The translations under genes and the position numbers were made by a program. From NCBI GenBank assembly GCA_017889625.1, contig JAGGAD010000002.1, positions 39,761-103,760 on the forward strand: a stretch of 64,000 nucleotides of DNA, in the 5' to 3' direction. Origin of the DNA: Bacillota bacterium. Lineage in GTDB: Bacteria > Bacillota > Negativicutes > Sporomusales > CTSoil-080. The notes under the pieces are model-generated. The model was not told the origin of the DNA, did no database searches, and worked only from the letters and a program-made list of their open reading frames with translations. Below, in pieces: positions 30,345 through 37,293 of this stretch. Each line of letters begins with the position of its first letter. Position 1 is the stretch's first letter.

Positions 30345-31388
30345 ATGAAGACAAAATATGCTGTTGTAGAACATGGCAAGGTCTATTTGGACGAAAAAGA
30401 CCTGCCGAAGCCAGGTCCTGGCGAATTGCTTTTGAAAGCTGAATACAGCACGTTGAGTCCTGGAACTGAATGGGCTCTTATGAACGGCTTCATCGTTCCC
30501 CTGCCGACCAACATAGGTTATAGCATGGCCGCTCGCGTAGTTGAGGTCGGAGAAGGTGTGACCGATTTCAAGGTAGGCGATGCTGTAGTTACTACAGGCG
30601 AGCATGCGCAGTACCTTATTATGAATGAATATAACTGTACTCCTGCTCCTAATGACATTGATATGGAGCAGGCAGCTTTCTGGAATCTGGCACATACCGG
30701 CATGTATGCTTTACGCCGCTCCGGTCTACAATTGGGTGAGCCGGCTGTTGTTATGGGTCAAGGCTTTGTTGGGGCTATAACCGCTCAGGTTGCAAGATGC
30801 GCGGGAGCTCTACCTGTCATTGTTACCGATTTGGATGACAGCCGTTTGGAAAAAGCAAAAAAAATGGGCGTACACTATGCTATTAATCCGAAAAAAGAAC
30901 CTGGCAAGCTAGAAGAAGTTGTCGCAAGCCTTAACCGGGGCGGAGTTCCAGTCGTATTTGAAGCTACGGGCGCGCGTCAGCCTCTGGAACAAGCTTTTGA
31001 AATCGTTTCTGAACGTGGGCGTGTCGTTATGATATCCCAGGTACATGGCGAAGATATGCCACACTATGACGATAACCTAATGCAGAAGGGCGCAAGCCTC
31101 ATCGGCACTTACGTTAACTCTAAACCATACTCGCTTCGCCGGGCTGATTTGCAAATTAATGGCACTTGGCCTCCGGTTATGGGACAAAAACTCAGCCGTT
31201 ATGTCAACTCTGATGTTTGGACCAGTGATGAAGATATCCGTGTCGTTCTTGATCTCATCAAATATGGTTCCCTCAACATAAAACCGCTTATTACTCATCG
31301 CTTCGACTACGATAAGATTTCTGAAGCATATGAGCTGGTTTGGAAACAGGATACCAGCCTAATGGGCGGAGTTCTTAAATGGAAATAA
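30345..31388 (+). CDS. Medium-chain dehydrogenase/reductase (MDR) family protein, zinc-ligand-less (BchC-like subgroup)
   Basis: Rossmann motif VVMGQGFVGAITAQ. The N-terminal LSPGTEWA replaces the GxCGSDxH catalytic zinc motif. There are only 2 Cys in 347 aa, so no structural zinc site is possible. Confidence 0.8.
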   Translation: MKTKYAVVEHGKVYLDEKDLPKPGPGELLLKAEYSTLSPGTEWALMNGFIVPLPTNIGYSMAARVVEVGEGVTDFKVGDAVVTTGEHAQYLIMNEYNCTPAPNDIDMEQAAFWNLAHTGMYALRRSGLQLGEPAVVMGQGFVGAITAQVARCAGALPVIVTDLDDSRLEKAKKMGVHYAINPKKEPGKLEEVVASLNRGGVPVVFEATGARQPLEQAFEIVSERGRVVMISQVHGEDMPHYDDNLMQKGASLIGTYVNSKPYSLRRADLQINGTWPPVMGQKLSRYVNSDVWTSDEDIRVVLDLIKYGSLNIKPLITHRFDYDKISEAYELVWKQDTSLMGGVLKWK

Positions 31389-31460
31389 GCCAGTAACATC
31401 TGTTTGCGGCCGAAACCGGATTACATCTGGTAAAGAGTTCGCTAAAGATTGTCTGATTTA

Positions 31461-31500
31461 AAAAGCCCGCGGTGTTTTAATAAGCACTGCGGGCTTTTTG
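31461..31500 (+). terminator. Intrinsic terminator after the MDR gene
   Basis: AAAAGCCCGCGGTG...CACTGCGGGCTTTTTG. Confidence 0.75.
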
Positions 31501-31633
31501 GTTTGCTCTTTTGTCATTAGCTGTCAGGAATGATTTAACAAATAAATAACCTAACGGTAACCTGTTGCGTCTTGGTTCGATTTATACTTGACTCAGATGG
31601 ATGATTGCCGGACAAAGACGGGGAGAGTTGATC

Positions 31634-32074
31634 ATGCTGAAAATGTTTTTGAAATTTGCCTTAGTGGGATTAACTGGCGTTGGGGTTAATCTTGCTGTAT
31701 ATGTTACTGCTATTTCAGCAGGGGCGAGTTATCTTGTTGCGGCTAAGCTGTCGTTCGCTGCCGCTGTCACTGGCAACTTTATCGGGAACTTGCGCTGGAC
31801 TTTCCGGGGACGAGCTAAAAGTAGAGCTATTGGCTTGAAATACTTTATGTTTGTCATAATTAGCTGGATCAATTTAGAGGTTAATTTAGCAATTCTTCAG
31901 ATGTTGATAGAGTCGTTTAAAGTTGATCAAACAATTAGCCAAATAATGGCTATTGCTGTGGTCAGCTTTTTTAATTTCCTGGTGAATTATTTTATTACTT
32001 TCAACGAACCACGAGCCCAACAAGACAAGGAGGTAGGGAAAACCTATGAAATTAGTAATCATACCAACTTATAA
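31634..32074 (+). CDS. GtrA family membrane protein (putative lipid-linked sugar translocase)
   Basis: ATG at 31634 lies 6 nt after GGGGAGAG. It has 4 TM segments. FLKFALVGLTGVGVNLAVY and FFNFLVNYFITF are typical of GtrA. Confidence 0.75.
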   Translation: MLKMFLKFALVGLTGVGVNLAVYVTAISAGASYLVAAKLSFAAAVTGNFIGNLRWTFRGRAKSRAIGLKYFMFVIISWINLEVNLAILQMLIESFKVDQTISQIMAIAVVSFFNFLVNYFITFNEPRAQQDKEVGKTYEISNHTNL

Positions 32075-32828
32075 TGAATGCGCTAATCTTGAAAAATTGC
32101 TGTCATCTATTTATCAGTCTGTTCCCGATACTGACATTCTTATTGTCGATGATAATTCTCCTGATGGAACCGGTGAACTGGGCGATGTTTTATCAGCTGG
32201 CCAATATTCTAACCGATTATTCGTCGTACATCGTGAAGGTAAGTTGGGCTTGGGAACAGCATATATTGCCGGATTTAAGTGGGCCCTTGCCCGTAACTAC
32301 CAGTACATAGTAGAGATGGATGCCGACTTGTCACATAATCCTAAATATTTGCCGCAATTTTTTGCAGCTATTCAGAGGTGTGATTTGGTCATTGGGAGCC
32401 GTTATGTTTCTGGTGGCGGCGTTTGTAATTGGGGATGGGCCAGAAAATTGATCAGTAAAGGCGGGAGTTTGTATTCTCGGTTTATTCTTGGGGTTCCTGT
32501 CAATGATCTTACTGGCGGATATAAATGTTTTCGCCGCGAAGTTCTGGAAACTCTGGACCTTGAGGCAATCCAGTCAGTGGGGTATTCCTTTCAAATAGAA
32601 ATGACTTACCGCACGTTTCTACAAGGTTTTAGCATTCGCGAAATACCTATAGTGTTTGAGAACCGAGAGTGCGGTCAATCAAAAATGTCCGGAAACATTT
32701 TTGGCGAGGCGTTGATTATGATTCCGGGTTTGCGGCTGGCCAAACAACGAATTATACGTCAAAGGAAATACTTGCCGCCAACTCCGCAAATCTGCGACGG
32801 TATTTTGCCGATGGAAAGGAGACCATAG
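32046..32828 (+). CDS. Polyprenol-phosphate glycosyltransferase (GT2; dolichol-P-mannose synthase/ArnC/GtrB-like)
   Basis: Contains VIIPTYNE, IVDDNSPDGT and EMDADLSH (DxD). It overlaps the gtrA-like gene by 29 nt. Confidence 0.9.
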   Translation: MKLVIIPTYNECANLEKLLSSIYQSVPDTDILIVDDNSPDGTGELGDVLSAGQYSNRLFVVHREGKLGLGTAYIAGFKWALARNYQYIVEMDADLSHNPKYLPQFFAAIQRCDLVIGSRYVSGGGVCNWGWARKLISKGGSLYSRFILGVPVNDLTGGYKCFRREVLETLDLEAIQSVGYSFQIEMTYRTFLQGFSIREIPIVFENRECGQSKMSGNIFGEALIMIPGLRLAKQRIIRQRKYLPPTPQICDGILPMERRP

Positions 32829-34369
32829 TGGTGGCGATACCCTTACCTAATTTAGTTGTTCTCCTTTTAATTATATTTGGTACTATTTTGCGATTGATTT
32901 TAGCTACGTCGTTAGGCTTAGGTGTTGATGAATCTTACGTAGTTTCTGTAGCTCGCACCTTAAGTTTCAGCTATTTTGATCATCCGCCCCTGCATTTTTG
33001 GCTGGTTTGGCTAATTACTCATCTTACCGGTAGTGAATGCCCGATGATTGTCCGCTTACCGTTTATTCTGCTTTTTGCCGGGTCAACTTGGTTAATGTAT
33101 CGGTTAGGTCAACGCTTGTTCAGTGCTTGGGCTGGAGTTTATGCCGCGCTATTGTTTAATGTATCGGCGGTCTTTAGCTTGAGTTCCGGCAGCTGGGTAT
33201 TGCCAGATGGACCGCTGTTTTTTTCTATGTTATCAGCCGCTCTTGCGCTTGAAAAGATTTTTTTTAGGCGTTCTACTAATGGTCGTTGGCTTGAGTTTGG
33301 TTTTTGGCTGGGAATTGGTCTTCTTTGTAAATATCACGCAGTGTTTCTCCTTTTTGGGGTGCTGCTATATATATTGGTTACCAAGAAGCATTACGGTGTA
33401 GTTTTGACCCCTGGACCGTATCTTTCCTTGGTTGTGGCTGGAATATTATTTTTACCGGTATTGCTATGGAATGCAGACCATAGTTGGGTTTCGTTCGTTT
33501 TTCAGGGAAGCCGGGGAGTGGGGCATGGCTTTTATCCGGGCAAGATGCTTACTAATATATTGGGTCAAGCGTTGTGGGTACTTCCTTGGATCTGGATTCC
33601 GCTTATTGGTGCGGCTGTTCTTTCCGTAAAGAAAAAACAAAAAAATCAGCTTAGTCCACTAAAAATTCGCTACTGGTTTTTTCTTTGTCTGTCGGCTTTC
33701 CCCATTATTTTCTTTACTGTAGCCACTTTGTGGGGAGCTCAAGGCTTATTTCATTGGCAAGCCCCAGGCTATCTTTTCCTATTTCCGCTTTTGGGTGAAA
33801 AAGTTGCCGTTGCTATCCGTCGCGGTAGGCGGACGACCAAGTTGTGGTTAAAGGGATCGGTGGCAAGCTTTTTGATAATTGTCGTCATTTTGGGAACTCA
33901 TGCGGCAACTGGATGGCTGCATAGCTTCGTCCCGTCGTTGTCGGCTAAAAATGACCCAACGCTGGAAGCACTGGATTGGCGCGGGATGGAAAGTAATTTA
34001 ACAGCCAGAGGCGTGCTGGCTGCACCGGTTGGTTTTGTGGTAACGGCAAGCTGGATTGATGGGGGGAAAGTGGATTATGCTTTAGCCGGACGTTTGCCGG
34101 TGTTGACCTTGAATGATGCTCCGCACCATTTTGCCTTTACACATAACCTTGCCGATTATCAAGGCCAAGATGCGCTAATTATCGGGCAAACCAAATATGT
34201 TGGTGACGCTACCCAATATCAGCCGTATTTTGACTCAATCGTAGTTTTGGATAATATACCTATACAACGAAACGGGCAACAGGAAATCGAATTAGCTGTG
34301 TTCTACGGCAAAAACTTTAAAGGTCAATTTCCCCTTCCTTACGGATATAAGACAACACCGAAAAACTAA
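32828..34369 (+). CDS. GT-C fold glycosyltransferase (GT39/GT83, PMT/ArnT-like), polytopic
   Basis: GTG at 32828 lies 6 nt after AAGGAG and shares one base with the upstream TAG. Contains the loop-1 acidic motif GVDESYVV, more than 10 TM segments and a C-terminal soluble domain. The track extension to 32669 lies inside the GT2 gene. Confidence 0.8.
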   Translation: MVAIPLPNLVVLLLIIFGTILRLILATSLGLGVDESYVVSVARTLSFSYFDHPPLHFWLVWLITHLTGSECPMIVRLPFILLFAGSTWLMYRLGQRLFSAWAGVYAALLFNVSAVFSLSSGSWVLPDGPLFFSMLSAALALEKIFFRRSTNGRWLEFGFWLGIGLLCKYHAVFLLFGVLLYILVTKKHYGVVLTPGPYLSLVVAGILFLPVLLWNADHSWVSFVFQGSRGVGHGFYPGKMLTNILGQALWVLPWIWIPLIGAAVLSVKKKQKNQLSPLKIRYWFFLCLSAFPIIFFTVATLWGAQGLFHWQAPGYLFLFPLLGEKVAVAIRRGRRTTKLWLKGSVASFLIIVVILGTHAATGWLHSFVPSLSAKNDPTLEALDWRGMESNLTARGVLAAPVGFVVTASWIDGGKVDYALAGRLPVLTLNDAPHHFAFTHNLADYQGQDALIIGQTKYVGDATQYQPYFDSIVVLDNIPIQRNGQQEIELAVFYGKNFKGQFPLPYGYKTTPKN

Positions 34370-34381
34370 GGGGGTATCACC

Positions 34382-35008
34382 ATGAAAACGTTGTTTCAGA
34401 ACTCTATAAAAAACAGTTTTAATCTTGCTGCATTAACTGCTCTGACCGTGGGAACGATAACAATTATCCTTGTTTTTTCCGTTAAAGGTGTAAATGTTTG
34501 GCTTCATCCGTTGGCAAGTTTTCTGGGGGGGGCTGGCAATGATATTTTTTTAATCGCGGCTAACGCATTGTTGATTGGTTGGGCTTGGCGGAAGAAAATC
34601 TACAGTTTTATTTGCATGACATTGTGGCTGGATATTTTAGTCGGCCTCAGTGTTCAAGTGATAAAACTCATAGAACTTCCCCCGTGGACTCTTCGCCCGA
34701 CAGGCATGAGCGGTGGTTTTCCCAGCGGGCACGCCACCCACAGTTTTGCCATAGCTTTTGTCCTTACGCTTGTATTTCCGCGCTTGGCTTGGTTTTGGTA
34801 TCTGTGCGCCGCCGCCATATCCTGGTCCAGGGTAGAAACTTTTGCGCATACGAATGTTCAAATCGCCGCCGGGGTATTATTGGGGATATTTATTGGTTTT
34901 TTACTAATCAGTCGCTGGTTGCGGCGTCCCGAAGCCGCAAAGTTTTTTCCAATGGCTTCGACCTCGGTGTCACCGATGGTATCGCGGGAGACTCTGGCAG
35001 CTGAATAA
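34382..35008 (+). CDS. PAP2 family lipid phosphatase
   Basis: Contains GGFPSGHATHSF (PSGH) and SRVETFAHTNVQ (SRx5H), with 5-6 TM segments. RBS is AAGGGGG. Confidence 0.8.
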   Translation: MKTLFQNSIKNSFNLAALTALTVGTITIILVFSVKGVNVWLHPLASFLGGAGNDIFLIAANALLIGWAWRKKIYSFICMTLWLDILVGLSVQVIKLIELPPWTLRPTGMSGGFPSGHATHSFAIAFVLTLVFPRLAWFWYLCAAAISWSRVETFAHTNVQIAAGVLLGIFIGFLLISRWLRRPEAAKFFPMASTSVSPMVSRETLAAE

Positions 35009-35252
35009 TACAGGGTGATATTGCTTGTATATTCAATTGGCCGTCTTGTACAGACATAAAAACTGCTGGTGACAATAATGACCATGCGGGACACAAACGC
35101 TCCCGTGCCAAGGGTATAACGGCAAATTATGGCAAAAATTATACCGGCCGGCCCAGTATTCATCCAGGCTAAGCTGGCAAATAACATAAGCTGTCCATTC
35201 AATCAAGTTTTATCAGATAGTACGTACTAATCGGGAAGAATATCTGGAACAC

Positions 35253-35288
35253 AAAAGGCACTGTACGTAAGCCGTACAGCGCCTTTTG
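35253..35288. terminator. Bidirectional hairpin terminator (serves the minus-strand lipase gene)
   Basis: AAAAGGCACTGTACG-TAAGC-CGTACAGCGCCTTTT: an 11-bp stem with one mismatch, an A-run on the 5' side and a T-run on the 3' side. Confidence 0.6.
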
Positions 35289-35299
35289 TCTACTGTCTG

Positions 35300-35330
35300 A
35301 AGCCGCCAGATTAATGGCGGCTTGTTTTTC
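35300..35330 (+). terminator. Intrinsic terminator closing the glycosylation operon
   Basis: AGCCGCCA-GATTAA-TGGCGGCT followed by TGTTTTT. Confidence 0.65.
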
Positions 35331-35354
35331 ATTAATATAAGGGGAGATTAATCA

Positions 35355-36674
35355 CTAAATCGGTTCAAAACGGCTATGTAGATGCGCCTTTATTTCTCTG
35401 AAATTATGAATGAAAGCTTCAAGGGGAGTGAGGTTAGCGGTTTCGGTCGAAAAAGTGGCGGTAGCATCGACAGTTCCAGTGGTGACATTGTAGACGGTTA
35501 GCGTTAATGTGATGTAGTAAGTATTGCTTTCTTGTTTTACCCGGCTGGCCTCTACGGTTGATACAATGGCCCACTGGCAATTAGCGGCGGTAGCTGCCTG
35601 CCGCCAAGTGCCGGAGTCTGTTGGGCTAGCGGCCAAGATATAGTTCGATAATGTCTGCCGATATTCATCCTGTAATGCTTCATTCATATACCAAAAGTCT
35701 GACCTCAAGTCAACCGGAAGGTTATTCTGGAGCGGTACAATGTAGACGAGGTCAGACTGTATTTGTTTGCCGGTAACTGGGGGTGGGAGTTCCACTCCGG
35801 CCTCAATAGCTAGGCGGCGTTTGGTATAATAGTTTTTTATGGCAGAATCAACATAGCCGATTAATTTATGAGGATCGCTGACGCTGTCCGGTGTGGTCCA
35901 TACAATTTCCTTGCCAAATTGCTGGTATCCGCCAACCAGGGTTTGTAGAGCTCCGGTTATTATATCGCCTGAATTGACAAGGCGGGTTAAATGAAGGGTG
36001 GATTTGAATTTTTCGGCAAAGGCGGCATTACCAATAGCGGGAGCACCGAAAGTGATAACTTCAATTTGTGAGGGGTTTATTCCAGTATCGATAAGCCTTG
36101 CTCCGGCCAGGGTGGCTGCTGCACCACCTAGACTATGCCCAGTAAGGAAAAGTTTGCAGTTTTTATCGGTTGTCAACAGAACTGGAAGTGATAGTAGAAC
36201 ATGCTGTGAATTTTGTAACACAGCTGACGGACCAGCCTGGATAAATTCATTAAATCCCTTGTGTACTTTAGGTTCGGTGTCAGGAATATTTGGTTTGTTT
36301 GCATTGGCAATGAACGCTGCGGTGCTATTGCCAGCGAAGTAGATTTTGTCAACTTTGATGTCAGTTTTGATGTCGTTATTATTCTCTGTACCGACAATAG
36401 CCATAAGGTAAAAAGGCGTTCCTTCTTTTCTCGCGATTAGAAAGCGGGCTCCAGAATGCCCCTTGGGCTGGACATAATGGTCAATTTGCCAACCATCTTG
36501 CTCAAGATAATGGGTGGCTAGTTCGCCAAGCCGTCCGCTATAAGCCGCTACGCTGGCTCCGGCGGCAAGATAGATTTTATAGGCTTCCGCGTAATCTTCT
36601 TCGGGTCCGGCAAAACCAATGCCTGGTGTAGATATCAGTAGCAAGAGGCAAATGAGTGTCAGCCAAAATTTCAT
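35355..36674 (-). CDS. Secreted class-3 lipase family protein with an uncharacterised C-terminal domain
   Basis: Signal peptide MKFWLTLICLLLLISTPGIGFAG and the nucleophile elbow LTGHSLGGAAA (GxSxG). ATG at 36674 follows GGGTG. An alternative GTG lies at 36683. Confidence 0.8.
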   Translation of the reverse strand: MKFWLTLICLLLLISTPGIGFAGPEEDYAEAYKIYLAAGASVAAYSGRLGELATHYLEQDGWQIDHYVQPKGHSGARFLIARKEGTPFYLMAIVGTENNNDIKTDIKVDKIYFAGNSTAAFIANANKPNIPDTEPKVHKGFNEFIQAGPSAVLQNSQHVLLSLPVLLTTDKNCKLFLTGHSLGGAAATLAGARLIDTGINPSQIEVITFGAPAIGNAAFAEKFKSTLHLTRLVNSGDIITGALQTLVGGYQQFGKEIVWTTPDSVSDPHKLIGYVDSAIKNYYTKRRLAIEAGVELPPPVTGKQIQSDLVYIVPLQNNLPVDLRSDFWYMNEALQDEYRQTLSNYILAASPTDSGTWRQAATAANCQWAIVSTVEASRVKQESNTYYITLTLTVYNVTTGTVDATATFSTETANLTPLEAFIHNFREIKAHLHSRFEPI

Positions 36675-36925
36675 TATAATCACCCTATCGCTGTATTTTG
36701 AAGGTATTTATGTAATTAGCTTTTATTTTACTGTAATTTTGGGGAAAATGCTATTTCTAATCCATGACGATGAAGGAACAGCGTCATTTAGCTGTCGATA
36801 ATAATTGTTATTATTTTCTTTTCGTCAGTGACTTTTTTATCGCAAAAGAGTAATTGAGAAGGATTACTAGGATAGTGGCGAGAATAATGATTTTAATAAG
36901 CACAATTCACAATGGTGGTGAAATT

Positions 36926-37255
36926 ATGCTATACTTCGTTATGGCGCTTGGCCTTATGCTGGTTGTCGCGGTTTTTGCGGTGCAAAACGCGCATGAGGTT
37001 ACGATTGGATTTCTGTATTGGAGTTTTGAAACTTCGCTGGTTATTGTTATATTAAGTTCGGTACTTTTCGGTGCGCTTGCAGTGATGTCGCTGGCGGCGT
37101 TTGTTCAAATTCGTTCACGGTTGAAATTAAGAAAAGCTAAGGCTCGCTTGAGCGAGCTTGAAACCCAAAATTATATGTTAAAAAGCAAACTGGAGCAGCT
37201 TGAGCCGCCGCTAGAGACTAAAGAAAATGTGGGTAAGAACGAGCCATCGTGTTAG
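36926..37255 (+). CDS. LapA-domain (DUF1049) membrane protein, YrvD-like
   Basis: It has two TM segments (FAVQNAHEVTIGFLYWSFETSLVIVIL) and a coiled-coil tail. It sits immediately upstream of recJ, as yrvD does in B. subtilis. ATG at 36926 follows GGTGGTGA. Confidence 0.7.
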   Translation: MLYFVMALGLMLVVAVFAVQNAHEVTIGFLYWSFETSLVIVILSSVLFGALAVMSLAAFVQIRSRLKLRKAKARLSELETQNYMLKSKLEQLEPPLETKENVGKNEPSC

Positions 37256-37293
37256 AATGCGCACTAAGGGATTGGGGTATATAGGTGACTGTG

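Noticed and set aside
32669-32827. The N-terminal extension of the GT-C glycosyltransferase overlapping the GT2 gene.
   Set aside because: This is an out-of-frame shadow of the GT2 coding region. AAGGAG followed 6 nt later by GTG at 32828 gives a start directly at the first TM helix.
34858-35202. A 114-aa minus-strand ORF overlapping the 3' end of the PAP2 gene.
   Set aside because: Not called as a CDS. It has a TTG start and no RBS or promoter. Its last ~50 codons are antisense to a clearly genuine PAP2 TM helix. At best it is a gene remnant (see the finding covering 35009-35299).
36926-37255. The LapA-domain protein as evidence that the host makes LPS (i.e. is a diderm Negativicute).
   Set aside because: The same domain protein (YrvD) sits immediately upstream of recJ in monoderm B. 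subtilis. The gene therefore reflects conserved synteny and is not an LPS marker. The envelope type of the host remains undetermined from this window.
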